Source of the DNA: an uncultured Gammaproteobacteria bacterium
Lineage (GTDB): Bacteria; Patescibacteriota; Patescibacteriia; Magasanikbacterales; GWA2-37-8
DNA: 64,000 nucleotides
Direction of reading: 5' to 3'
Assembly (NCBI GenBank): GCA_964444705.1
Contig: CAYUHX010000001.1
Location: forward strand, 17,055 to 81,054
The notes beneath the pieces were generated by a model. It had not been told where the DNA came from, did no database searches, and worked only from the letters and a program-made list of their open reading frames with translations. The translations under genes were made by a program, and so were the position numbers. Positions 10,701 to 18,660 of this stretch are shown in pieces (within the stretch, counting starts at the first letter, position 1; each line of letters begins with the position of its first letter).

Positions 10701-11565
10701 ACGGAGCTGCTTGGCAGGCCGCATGACTATTGGCATTCGGCGCAGAACAAAAGAAACGCAGATTTCCAGCCCGATCTTTCGCCGCCAAATAATATTGAAA
10801 AGTACCTCCCGAACTTGGCACATCTCCTGAGGGAATAGTCAGCGTAAATAATTTTCCTTCAACCTGTACCGCATCAACCGTCGTTGAGGCTACCGTTAAA
10901 TCTGAACCATAATACACTCTTACAAATTCTCCACCACCATCAGTAGTACTTGCAAACTGCATATCCAACGTCTGATCATCAGTCACAAAAGTATTTAATA
11001 CTGCATTCTGCCCCGAGAGCGCCACATAGGCAGGAAAATGACTTATAAATGGTGCATTGGTATCTGCCACATTGTCGTAAGCACCGGCATACGACACCGC
11101 ACTTGAAGACACGATTGTTGGCTCGGTTGAGGATACATAAATCCAGGCAACATATGAAGTATTGGTAGTCCAAGATTGACCATTGCTATCTTTGGTCATA
11201 AACTGCGGCACGACAAATTCATTCATGCTGTGTTGATTAAAAAAACCCATTGGCACACACTGATTGCCCGGCGAACCCGTACATGCACTATTAAGGGTGC
11301 TTGTGGTAAGAGTGAGTGTGCTTGAAACAATAAAAATTTTGGTATTCTCATACCCCGCAGGCTGAGACCCAGGAGTCCAGGTTACCCTAAAATCGCGCCC
11401 ATCTAAACCAAACCCAGTGGTATCCGGGTCATTCAGCACTACCCCCGAAACCGCTTGAGCCACAAAAGGATAAATGAGTAGACCTGCCAAAAGAGCTCCC
11501 GCAAACAACATAATCCCTAAATTTTTTTTCTGCCTACCCCACCATGAAAGCCAAATATGTTTCAT
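4729..11565 (-). CDS. Giant secreted/surface protein (2278 aa): N-terminal signal/anchor, SbsA-like Ig (Big_5) repeats, carboxypeptidase-regulatory-like beta-sandwich repeats, Gly/Ser and Thr linkers, C-terminal peptidoglycan-binding-like domain
   Basis: Hydrophobic N-terminus ending AQA; repeated 'FNQALDSTTVNSTNI/FSEPLNFNTINTTNI...P...L...Y' units; repeated 'ISGKVLD.SG' units; C-terminal 'LKSGMKGEEIMILQKKL...GIFGPATTKAVQAFQKKN...GQVGSVTRAAL' (PG_binding_1 pattern). Confidence 0.85.
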   Translation of the reverse strand: MKHIWLSWWGRQKKNLGIMLFAGALLAGLLIYPFVAQAVSGVVLNDPDTTGFGLDGRDFRVTWTPGSQPAGYENTKIFIVSSTLTLTTSTLNSACTGSPGNQCVPMGFFNQHSMNEFVVPQFMTKDSNGQSWTTNTSYVAWIYVSSTEPTIVSSSAVSYAGAYDNVADTNAPFISHFPAYVALSGQNAVLNTFVTDDQTLDMQFASTTDGGGEFVRVYYGSDLTVASTTVDAVQVEGKLFTLTIPSGDVPSSGGTFQYYLAAKDRAGNLRFFCSAPNANSHAACQAAPFVVTVRTAFGRSISGTVISGGAALSGARVFAGGIAKPSVTTDGSGNYSLTSYPANLTLDVTAFKNNFCENTRFGEVLGSVNLSGINFSLNPGNCSFVVGGGAAGGGAPMVVFSGPPDAATDVAVGEKIRVGLSQTMAASSINDTDPTDASTSVYLTPDGGTTKVAGSVTYCENSSSPGCSALFAGDSNVILFNPTSNLATNTFYTLVITEGVTSQGGQSIQGNRSGGGHKISFTTNRGTFDSGSFTLGSSGQFMPPFVKSMNPGPGVSVAPNAKITLEFNQALDSTTVNSTNIVLFDKTTNGQVSLSTVSLDSTEKRFVSLAPSSALTAGHEYEVRVKGAVGTTSGITMRPSAELAQVSFTSFFKVSGSNDVTPPVLYPLLASNATGVSVSKVFEFGFSEPLNFNTINTTNITMSRGSTAVGIQVKYDAGKNSVLLAPSRVLTPSTVYTITFAPAVTDLPGNALATTTLTYTTGASDTTAPALVESRCDDFTCNVVFNEPMNNDTQVDPNWTSSVLNHVNITLTQNSGPDLVVTSTAISYDFPRNALVIKGLALTKGGTYSLSLSGLKDLSANNLGNVSASGKVEDSTQTYGGFGDQGMFGPPVAGAGGVGEQFKPQGFGTFTPEQFALGQADTAFPFSQMAGQDSNVFQVRFNPGIAIQNGDQVVVTFPNGTDVTNAALDSNSPFVKDLNQFGSGTVTGTTLVADSATQKVTVTLGVSGTPGSGDNYTLDLKKIINPAVPKDPSTGGYTVGIKIVRSSTTIVNKTSMPYFIQAAGTNTIVVNLYAGSSGSPDNVAGTVNLFGGGPAGPINKRVTLASGIISQVDGSAATTVRLSGLASGCYFVNTDPFVTLGSTDYFGQMSPEPICVNGNTTSTKNIVLTSASANGASVTTTVKFAGISNFGGSDIDIFASGPGRFVVKTLTGVTTPDANGYTVKLPANGQWSLGVGPSMPKGSNGTGAKPTSLPGMPPAQVQLVVSGIGGDTPAVTAAGGVMPPGVAFNDGTDTVTFTFVTADKTVTGKVVDGSQNGLSNMEVFMHRQGFGAPAFGSTNASGTFSLAVGDYGSYEIGVMKDGLPPTFKQLEIKPDGADAGSDPDIYYLGKQITNANPLLISIKKSSYTISGKVLDASGNGIAYAPVFAVNASTGESIPGKSGSDGSYSVFVDAGTWNVQSQLPPDKSDACGSFSLTVTVSTESKSSQNISPSVSTCYTLSGTVSVGGSGLANVPIFLEEWNSGSNAPVPGGIRKGGSTDSSGAYSMKVEGSKTYRVGTWSPTYGELSATKVVSSADTTQNVSVTATSTVTFVFTGGTAAMQTMVELRNATDATKVIRTQKDGLNSSLVITTENGATYNYFVDVFGVGRFNGAVASGATATINLGLQANGFITVTGTIKDDTGAVLSGTVVTFTNTSTGVIETGVTNASGTYSVNMKAGTYQVGASLAGYVPGETVKLVSFSTNTNAYDFGGSDPDQAALQTAGKTIEGVLRDSNGVALSSGYVWAENTAGLIVTGAINPADGSYSIPVTTGTWTLTGVGPKHAQTAKSGTVVITSANSTGNNFNLTSDSSKIPTSTSGVVDASSGGSVNDSGASGIKLTAGSGVLETGSGNVTISLEKNYTAPKTEGFTPLGNASFKISATGDSTIKSLNGNAEVQLSYSDLVAQVPSGVAESDLKLMYLSPETGAYVPVEGGFTIDATNNTITGLVNHFTDFVIAYTPSSGSGDGGSGGSGGSGGSSGGSGGGGSMVNVVTTVTTTIASSSTAVAISTSTSLMTSTVTTVPMVPIKTVQTAVVPSVDESLVLRSFRPTNETSAIIFSGLPKTGKLVRPGTTLSFKYNYKNSTAKTQKLVIHRQLIDQNGVVIVDSSLQKELKKGKRADFSIQQALKKNIPNGVYSMRVEISDKATGEMLDENSFDFVVEVAPTPKKTPSILKSGMKGEEIMILQKKLQELGFFPKTTTINGIFGPATTKAVQAFQKKNKITPVNGQVGSVTRAALGM

Positions 11566-12168
11566 ACTACTGTGTTAATAAAAAATAAATTTAAAAATAA
11601 AAATATAACCGTGATGGTTATATCGGCCCTCCCTTTTTTAAATTAGTAAAAAAATGTGTTCCCCTCCCTTGATTCATCTGATTTTGAAATTAAAACCGTA
11701 TGAACATACTTAGTATACACCAAAAAAAGCAAACAAAAAATCTCTGTGGATAAATATTTTTTCTTTAAAGAAAAAATTCCTGTCACACAACTGCAATATA
11801 TAGTGTACACATTTATTTTTAAAAAGAATTATATATCTCGTCGTATCATAAAAAATTAAGCGTTGGAACGCTTGGTTTGCTGTTGATCGCACTCCTGAAA
11901 TGAGTTAACCTGAAAGCAAAAAGTCGCCCGCCTATCGACATTTCAACTGAATCAAAACTTCAAACAATTTAAAAACACAATGCGAAGCGGTGAAAAAAAA
12001 CGCATGTCGATTTCTCCTGATACCAAACAATGCTTCAAACTCATTCGAGGCACAATCAACATTATAAATCACACAACGAATCATTCAAACCAGCGATGAC
12101 ATTGACATACTCAACCAAAACCTGCGCAGTACCTTGGATGTACTTCAAATGGGATTCTAAAAAAGTCC

Positions 12169-12199
12169 AAAAAACCACCTGAAATACAGGTGGTTTTTT
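12169..12199. terminator. Bidirectional intrinsic terminator after tsf
   Basis: AAAAAACCACCTG-aaata-CAGGTGGTTTTTT. Confidence 0.85.
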
Positions 12200-12221
12200 T
12201 AAATTTTTTCTTCAGTAAATA

Positions 12222-12866
12222 CTAACCTACTTGTTCAGCCACTTCGTCAGCAAAATTCTTCACGATCTTTTCAATACCTTCACCAAGTTCATAGCGCACA
12301 AAACGACGCACTGAAATCTTTTCACCAATTTCCGCCGTAGCTTCAGTTAAAAGCTGCTGAATTTTTTTGCTGTCATCTTTAATATAAAGCTGTTCAAGCA
12401 AACAAATGTCTTCGTAAAATTTATCAAGCTTGCCTTTGAGAATGTTTTCAATAATATTTTCTGGTTTTCCCTGGGCTTTAAGCTGTGCACGATAGACATC
12501 CATCTCTTTGGCAACAAGTTCTTCTGGCACAACCGCACGTTCCAAATATTTTGGATTTGCGGCCGCAATGTGTAGTGCGATATCTTTGGCCAAATTTTGA
12601 AAACGCTCAGTACGCGCCACAAAATCAGTTTCAGAATTCATTTCGAGGAGCACGCCAATTTTTCCACCCGCGTGAATATAACTAATCACCGCACCTTCGG
12701 TCGCGATTTTGTCCGCTCGTTTGGCGGCTTTAACAATTCCTTTTTTACGCAAAAGATCAGCGGCTTTTTCCATATCACCACCCGCTTCTTCGAGTGCGCC
12801 TTTGCAATCCATCATGCCAGCGCCAGTTTGAGCGCGAAGCTTGGCAATGTCAGCAGCAGTTACCAT
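12222..12866 (-). CDS. tsf: Translation elongation factor Ts (short form)
   Basis: LRAQTGAGMMDCK, ETDFVA, RRFVRYELGEG. Confidence 0.97.
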   Translation of the reverse strand: MVTAADIAKLRAQTGAGMMDCKGALEEAGGDMEKAADLLRKKGIVKAAKRADKIATEGAVISYIHAGGKIGVLLEMNSETDFVARTERFQNLAKDIALHIAAANPKYLERAVVPEELVAKEMDVYRAQLKAQGKPENIIENILKGKLDKFYEDICLLEQLYIKDDSKKIQQLLTEATAEIGEKISVRRFVRYELGEGIEKIVKNFADEVAEQVG

Positions 12867-12899
12867 ATGAAATACGCTAAAAGTAATTTAATCTACAAT

Positions 12900-13721
12900 T
12901 TATACGCTTTCCGCAATTTGCAAAGCGCGTTTTTCTTTCTTGGGAGCAAGATCTTTAGATGTTTTGTCAGCACTTGGTGCTTTGGCTTTCTCAACTACCG
13001 GCATTTCTTCTTTCATCATAGCTTTTTTCTTTTCTGCTTCAAGCTTACCTTCGTTCACCGCTTCAGCCATAAGATCGGCAATCATTTTGATGGCATTAAC
13101 CGCGTCATCATTGGCAGGAATAGGAAACGCCACCTTGGTTGGGTCAACATTGGAATCACTCACCGCAATTACTGGCACCTCAGTCTTTCTTGATTCAGTG
13201 ATCGCTGTTTTTTCAACGCGCATGTCGGCAATGTAGAGCGCATCAGGAATTTTTTCGAGACTGGTTAAACCAACCAAATATTTATCCATCTTCTCAATCA
13301 TTTTCTTCAAAACAGCTTGTTCTTTTTTGGTATATTTTTCAATCTCACCGGTGGCAACCTGCTCTTTGAGACCACGATATTTAACGAGTCGTCGTTTGCA
13401 TTCAGGAAAGTTGGTTAAAAGTCCACCAATCCAGCGTTCAACCACATATGGCATACCACAACGTTCGGCGGCATCTTTCACAAATGTGCGAGCCTGACGC
13501 TTAGTACCCACAAACAAAATAACTTTACCTTTGCTGGCCAAATCTTTCACATGGGCCAACACTTTTACCAATTCATCGGTGGTTTTTTCAAGATCAATAA
13601 CATGAATACCATTACGGACACCGAAAAGATACGGCTCCATTTTAGGGTGCCAACGTGAACTTTGGTGACCAAAGTGCACTCCGGCCTTAAGCATCTCAAC
13701 GAGAGATGGAATTTGTGGCAT
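12900..13721 (-). CDS. rpsB: 30S ribosomal protein S2, with a charged C-terminal tail
   Basis: AGVHFGH, WHPKM, FVGTK, RWIGGLLTN, IPANDDA. Confidence 0.98.
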   Translation of the reverse strand: MPQIPSLVEMLKAGVHFGHQSSRWHPKMEPYLFGVRNGIHVIDLEKTTDELVKVLAHVKDLASKGKVILFVGTKRQARTFVKDAAERCGMPYVVERWIGGLLTNFPECKRRLVKYRGLKEQVATGEIEKYTKKEQAVLKKMIEKMDKYLVGLTSLEKIPDALYIADMRVEKTAITESRKTEVPVIAVSDSNVDPTKVAFPIPANDDAVNAIKMIADLMAEAVNEGKLEAEKKKAMMKEEMPVVEKAKAPSADKTSKDLAPKKEKRALQIAESV

Positions 13722-13734
13722 AGATTTTCCTTAT

Positions 13735-13815
13735 TAGTTCCTCTCAGCCATGCCCCGAGGGTGGCCCCAGGGAGGAAAAAATCAAGAACGAGTGCTCTTG
13801 AGACTGATGCGGAGA
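13735..13815 (-). promoter_or_regulatory. Structured rpsB 5' leader (candidate S2 autoregulatory RNA)
   Basis: GC-rich patch with stems CAAGAGC/GTTCTTG, TCAGTC/GGCTGA and TTCCTC/GAGGAA between the promoter and the rpsB start. Confidence 0.5.
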
Positions 13816-13832
13816 TAAATAAAAGTGCGTAA

Positions 13833-13861
13833 ACTATAGCTAAATTAAGGATTAAAGTCAA
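13833..13861 (-). promoter_or_regulatory. rpsB-tsf promoter
   Basis: TTGACT, 17 bp, TATAGT on the minus strand. Confidence 0.7.
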
Positions 13862-13975
13862 GAGTCATGTTCAAACACAAGACTCTATTTACATTTTTTA
13901 ATTTTGGAGTATACCTATATTCATTCCCGCCAGCCAAATCGGCTGGTAATCAGGAAGGGAAGGAGGTGAAGAAAA

Positions 13976-14131
13976 ATGTTGACGAAGGCGCTCGCATGCC
14001 TCACTCTTCTAGCCCTGTTAGCGCAAAGCGCAGTGGCAGTGGCATGCAACTGTAACAAAAAAAGTCGCGATTATTGCGGCGACAACCAGTGCATGAAGAC
14101 GGAGTCAGACAAGCCAAGAAAGAAGAAATAG
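13976..14131 (+). CDS. Small exported Cys-rich peptide, 51 aa (cassette B)
   Basis: Below the ORF-track cutoff. MLTKALACLTLLALLAQSAVAVACNCNKKSRDYCGDNQCMKTESDKPRKKK. SD AGGAGGT at 13961-13967; signal-peptide-like N-terminus; structured UTRs and a terminator. Confidence 0.7.
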   Translation: MLTKALACLTLLALLAQSAVAVACNCNKKSRDYCGDNQCMKTESDKPRKKK

Positions 14132-14251
14132 GCTTGTCTGATTCTGCTTCAAACCTCCACACAAACATCTTAAGCCCCACGCACCCTTCCTGTCTACTAT
14201 GAACGCGCCTGAAATCAAGCGCCTTCATAGTAGAACCCAACTTCAATCGTA

Positions 14252-14283
14252 AATAAAAGAGTTTTACAAAAAACTCTTTTATT
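14252..14283. terminator. Bidirectional terminator between cassette B and acylphosphatase
   Basis: AATAAAAGAGTTTT-acaa-AAAACTCTTTTATT. Confidence 0.7.
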
Positions 14284-14286
14284 ATT

Positions 14287-14595
14287 TTAATGGCTCACAA
14301 ATTCTAAAAAACGCTCTTGCATAGATTGCCATTCAATCGTGACGCTGTGCACCCGAGCAGTCGGCGGCCCTATTTTGAGTAGCTTTATATAGTTTTCTAC
14401 CACCACCTTTTGCCCTTGCACCACCACGTTTACCCCACCTTCTTTCGTATTTTCAACCATACCCACCAATCCCATTTTCTTTCCTTCGGTGCGAGCAAAT
14501 TGACGAAAAAATACTCCCTGTACTCTCCCCGCAATGTGTATCTGTGCTTGCGCCATCTCGCCTGCAGCAACGTTTTTTATTTTTTGTTCCTTCAT
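14287..14595 (-). CDS. acyP: Acylphosphatase
   Basis: GRVQGVFFR, G.VEN..EGGV, GPP.ARV. Start set at MKEQ (14595). Confidence 0.9.
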   Translation of the reverse strand: MKEQKIKNVAAGEMAQAQIHIAGRVQGVFFRQFARTEGKKMGLVGMVENTKEGGVNVVVQGQKVVVENYIKLLKIGPPTARVHSVTIEWQSMQERFLEFVSH

Positions 14596-14685
14596 AATCA
14601 GTATTAAAAAATTGATTTTAAACCACCCCATATTATGTGTTATACTTACAGTATACAAAAAATAAATTACTGAGATCAATTGCGT

Positions 14686-15495
14686 ATGCTTAGAGAAGGG
14701 GGGCCAGCATTAACTGATTTTTTTGTCACCACACAACCCACAACTATTAAAAGAAGAAGAAACCCATCTACAACACAAAAAGAGACAGCTTTTTTTTCAA
14801 GTTCTTCTACACGGCGAACCAAATCTTCTTCATTGCACAAAAGAAGAACACCCAACAACTTTCCTGAGCGGCGAAGAAGAAAAATCATACCAGCTGAACC
14901 AAGCGAAATTCCTCCTGCCCTTCTGCCAAACACTCTTCGCAGAACAACGGAACAACGTTATTTTCACGTTAAAAATGGCGGTTATCTCCCTATTCAAAAT
15001 GGTTGCGTCGTTGTTGGTGACCACATCATTGATATTCAAACATTAAAAACCAAAGAGACCCATTTACTGAGCACGCTTAACTCAAAAATTGCGAAACTTG
15101 CCACAAGCGACCTCGGGCATGAGTTGCTTGCTCGAGCGGGAATACAAAATCAAACCGACTGTACTCTTAACCAAATTTTTATCATTGCCGGCATCAGTGA
15201 CCTCGTACCACTTCAAACTGAAGGAATTATTTTTGACCCTCTCGATCTCGACCGACTACACAACATACTTCTTCGTGAAAAAAATGCCACCCAACAAAAA
15301 TTAGCTGATTTTAAAAAAGAAACACTTCGCACTAATCGACGATCCTTTTCTCTATTAAACCGAATTACCCACCGCTTCTTTTCCGGCCGTTCCAAAATAC
15401 CAAAAGAGAAAGCAGTGCTTGATGCACGGCATACCAAAGAATTAGAACAAAAATTAGCAGCTCTTCAACTCATTGAGATTGTCTTGACGGTGTGA
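14686..15495 (+). CDS. Hypothetical basic protein
   Basis: About 270-codon ORF filling the gap between acyP and gyrB; Arg/Ser/Thr-rich N-terminus; start uncertain. Confidence 0.55.
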   Translation: MLREGGPALTDFFVTTQPTTIKRRRNPSTTQKETAFFSSSSTRRTKSSSLHKRRTPNNFPERRRRKIIPAEPSEIPPALLPNTLRRTTEQRYFHVKNGGYLPIQNGCVVVGDHIIDIQTLKTKETHLLSTLNSKIAKLATSDLGHELLARAGIQNQTDCTLNQIFIIAGISDLVPLQTEGIIFDPLDLDRLHNILLREKNATQQKLADFKKETLRTNRRSFSLLNRITHRFFSGRSKIPKEKAVLDARHTKELEQKLAALQLIEIVLTV

Positions 15496-15621
15496 CTTAA
15501 AAAACCAAAAACTCCACCCACTCCCGCTTTAAAAAAGCTCTTCACACAGCTTGCCCCTCGCCTTTTTTTGTGATAGCATACGCCTTGTTAATCATGTTTG
15601 AGATTTGTTTTCATAATTTGT

Positions 15622-17679
15622 ATGGCTCAAAAAAATCCTGCTGACACATCTTCCTATAGCGCTAAAAACATCACGGTTCTTGAAGGTCTCGAGGCGGTGC
15701 GCCGTCGCCCCGGCATGTACATTGGTTCCACTGGCCCCACCGGTTTACACCATCTCATTTGGGAGGTTGTCGATAACTCCATCGACGAAGCAATGGCCGG
15801 CTACTGCACCCAAATCACCATCACTCTCCTCCCCGATCACCACGTTGAAGTGCGCGACAATGGTCGTGGTATTCCAGTTGATATTCATCCTCAGCAAGGC
15901 ATTAGCGCGCTTGAAGTTGTAATGACTAAACTCCACGCTGGTGGTAAATTTGGTGGCGAAGGCTACAAAATTTCTGGTGGTTTGCACGGTGTTGGTGTGT
16001 CTGTCGTCAACGCGCTGTCTGTCTACACCAAAGCCGAAGTTCACCGCGATGGCGAAGTGTGGGTGCAAGAGTATAAAGAAGGCAACCCACAAAAAAAGGC
16101 GCGCTCCGTAGGCACCTGTAAAGACACTGGCACCATCATCACCTTCCGTCCAGACGATACTATTTTTGAAACCATCGACTTTGAATGGAAAACTATTATT
16201 GATCATCTACGCCAACACAGCTACCTCACCAAAGGTATTCATCTTATCATCAAAGACGCTCGATCAACCGAAGAGAAAGCCAAAGACGCGACTGCGCTTA
16301 CCTTCCCCAACCCCACCTATCAATTTTATTTTGAAGGCGGCGTGGCCTCATACGTTCATTATCTCGACCACAACAAAGAGGTCAAACACGACACTATTTT
16401 CTATCTTGAAAAAGAAGTTGAAGGAGTTAATGTTGAGCTCGCTCTCCAATATACCAACGAATATAACGAATCATTATTTGCCTTTACCAACAATATCTAC
16501 AACCCAGAAGGTGGCACACACGTGGCTGGGTTTCGCACAGCGCTTACCCGCTGTCTTAATACCTACGCACGCAACAAAGGTTTTTTAAAAGAAAAAGATG
16601 GTAATCTCACTGGTGAAGATGTACGTGAAGGCCTCACCGTTGTCATCTCTGTTAAAATTCGCGAACCGCAGTTTGAAGGTCAGACTAAAGCAAAACTTGG
16701 AAACACCGAAGCCAAAACTGCCGTTGAAGCGGTGATGAATGAAGGCTTCTTAATTTTCCTTGAAGAACACCCTAAAGACGCCGAAGGTATTATTAGCAAA
16801 TGTTTACTCGCCGCCCGAGCACGTGCTGCTGCCCGCATTGCGCGTGATACCATTTTAAGAAAAGGTGCTCTCGAAGGTTTCACTCTTCCTGGCAAACTCG
16901 CTGATTGCTCTAGTAAAAACGCAGAAGATTCTGAACTCTTTATTGTTGAGGGAGACTCGGCCGGCGGCTCAGCCAAACAAGGCCGAGATCGTCACTCACA
17001 AGCCATCCTTCCTTTACGTGGAAAGGTACTCAATGTCGAACGCGCTCGTCTCGACAAAATTTTAGGTAACAATGAACTAAAATCACTCATCATTGCCCTT
17101 GGCACCAACATCGGCGAACAATTTGATATCAGCAAATTACGCTACCATCGCATTGTCATCATGACTGATGCTGACGTCGATGGTGCACACATTCGAACTC
17201 TTCTTCTCACTTTTTTTTATCGCCACTTCCCCAGCCTTATTACCGAAGGACATGTATTCATCGCTCAACCACCTCTTTACAGCCTTAAATACGGCAAAGA
17301 AATGCGTTACGCCTATAACGATGAAGAAAAAGAAATTGCTTTGCAAGAAATTACTGCGGCCAAGGGTATAAAATTATCAACCAAAGAAAAAGACGCAGCT
17401 CCAATTGTCAAAGAAGAAGGCGCGGAAGAAGGAGAGTCAATGTTGGTGATAGGAGGCATTAAAATCAATATTCAACGTTATAAAGGTTTGGGAGAAATGA
17501 ACCCCGAGCAACTGTGGGAAACAACCATGGATCCCGCAAGACGCCTTATGAAACTTGTCACCGCCGAAGACGCAGTGCTCGCCAACGAAACCTTTGAAAC
17601 ACTCATGGGTGAAGATGTAGAACAACGCAAAAAATTCATTCAAACTCAGGCAAAAAACGTTCGTAATCTTGATATTTAA
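15622..17679 (+). CDS. gyrB: DNA gyrase subunit B
   Basis: LEAVRRRPGMYIG, EVVDNSIDE, HAGGKF, VEGDSAGG, MTDADVDG, QRYKGLGEMN. Start set at MAQKN. Confidence 0.97.
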   Translation: MAQKNPADTSSYSAKNITVLEGLEAVRRRPGMYIGSTGPTGLHHLIWEVVDNSIDEAMAGYCTQITITLLPDHHVEVRDNGRGIPVDIHPQQGISALEVVMTKLHAGGKFGGEGYKISGGLHGVGVSVVNALSVYTKAEVHRDGEVWVQEYKEGNPQKKARSVGTCKDTGTIITFRPDDTIFETIDFEWKTIIDHLRQHSYLTKGIHLIIKDARSTEEKAKDATALTFPNPTYQFYFEGGVASYVHYLDHNKEVKHDTIFYLEKEVEGVNVELALQYTNEYNESLFAFTNNIYNPEGGTHVAGFRTALTRCLNTYARNKGFLKEKDGNLTGEDVREGLTVVISVKIREPQFEGQTKAKLGNTEAKTAVEAVMNEGFLIFLEEHPKDAEGIISKCLLAARARAAARIARDTILRKGALEGFTLPGKLADCSSKNAEDSELFIVEGDSAGGSAKQGRDRHSQAILPLRGKVLNVERARLDKILGNNELKSLIIALGTNIGEQFDISKLRYHRIVIMTDADVDGAHIRTLLLTFFYRHFPSLITEGHVFIAQPPLYSLKYGKEMRYAYNDEEKEIALQEITAAKGIKLSTKEKDAAPIVKEEGAEEGESMLVIGGIKINIQRYKGLGEMNPEQLWETTMDPARRLMKLVTAEDAVLANETFETLMGEDVEQRKKFIQTQAKNVRNLDI

Positions 17680-17691
17680 TTTTAATAAAAC

Positions 17692-17720
17692 TTGACAGCC
17701 TACCCCCCCTAGGGTAGGAT
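17692..17720 (+). promoter_or_regulatory. secE-nusG promoter
   Basis: TTGACA, 17 bp, TAGGAT. Confidence 0.7.
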
Positions 17721-17768
17721 TGGGGCATTAACAGCCCAAAGGCTGTTTTAAAAAACTAGTTTTTCCTT

Positions 17769-17957
17769 ATGGTTGAGGCAATAAAAAACTATCTAGTCGG
17801 TTCGTACGCTGAAATGAAAAAAGTCACTTGGCCCTCCAAAGAGCAGACCATGAACTACAGCTTGCTCGTCATTGGTTTAAGCCTTGGATTGGCATTTTTC
17901 TTTTCCTTGCTCGATTATACTTTTAGCCACGTCATAACGACGATCATTTCACGCTAA
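17769..17957 (+). CDS. secE: Preprotein translocase subunit SecE
   Basis: EMKKVTWP plus one TM helix; directly upstream of nusG. Confidence 0.93.
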   Translation: MVEAIKNYLVGSYAEMKKVTWPSKEQTMNYSLLVIGLSLGLAFFFSLLDYTFSHVITTIISR

Positions 17958-17961
17958 CTCT

Positions 17962-18504
17962 ATGGCCAAACAAGTCTCCCAGGGGCGCCGTTGGTACGTG
18001 CTCCACACCTACAGTGGTTACGAAGAAAACGTGAAACGCAATCTCGAGCAACGTATCGAATCATTCGATATGCAAGAAAAAATCTTTGGTGTATTAGTAC
18101 CAAAAGAGAAAAAAATTAAAATCAAAAACGGTAAACGCGTGTCAGTAGAAGAAAAAATCTTCCCTGGCTATGTGCTTGTTGATATGGTGGTTACCGATGA
18201 CTCATGGTATGTGGTGCGCAACACTCCGAATGTCACCGGTTTCATTGGGTCTGGTACTACTCCCACCCCAATTGATCAAAAAGAAATTGATACTCTCCTC
18301 AAACGAGTTTCTGCCGGAGAACCGCAACAAAAAATCGATGTTGATGTGGGTGATGTAGTCAAAATCATTGATGGACCATTCAAAAATTTCGAAGGTAAAG
18401 TATCGAGTGTTGATCATGAACGTGGGCGTATTAAAGTCATGGTAAGTATGTTTGGTCGCGAAACGCCAGTTGAACTCGACGCCTTGCAAGTCAAAAAAAT
18501 TTAG
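17962..18504 (+). CDS. nusG: Transcription termination/antitermination factor NusG
   Basis: WYVLHTYSGYE, FPGYVLV, VRNTPNVTGFIG, KOW domain, FGRETPVEL. Confidence 0.98.
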   Translation: MAKQVSQGRRWYVLHTYSGYEENVKRNLEQRIESFDMQEKIFGVLVPKEKKIKIKNGKRVSVEEKIFPGYVLVDMVVTDDSWYVVRNTPNVTGFIGSGTTPTPIDQKEIDTLLKRVSAGEPQQKIDVDVGDVVKIIDGPFKNFEGKVSSVDHERGRIKVMVSMFGRETPVELDALQVKKI

Positions 18505-18514
18505 CCCATTCTTT

Positions 18515-18581
18515 TGTCGTTCTGACCACAGCGAAGGATCACCTCATGAGACCCAGATCCTTCGTTCCACTCAGGCTGACA
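18515..18581. repeat. Degenerate REP-like palindromic element
   Basis: TGTCGTTCTGAccacaGCGAAGGATC ... GATCCTTCGTtccacTCAGGCTGACA imperfect inverted repeat. Confidence 0.65.
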
Positions 18582-18660
18582 GGTGAATTGGTTCTTTGTC
18601 TCAAAGAACGCTTCTCAATATCACCCTAAAACCTACTACCTAAAATAATACCTACGTTAT

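Noticed and set aside
11700-12165. Possible gene or pseudogene in the long intergenic region (fragments such as KKLSVGTLGLLLIALLK and ITQRIIQTSDDIDILNQNLRSTLDVLQMGF)
   Set aside because: Fragments lie in different frames with stops, have no good start and match no family I recognise.
13867-14246. ORF-track entries 13867-14055 (+) and 14001-14246 (-)
   Set aside because: No SD or coherent composition; the 13976-14131 frame has a perfect SD and a signal peptide.
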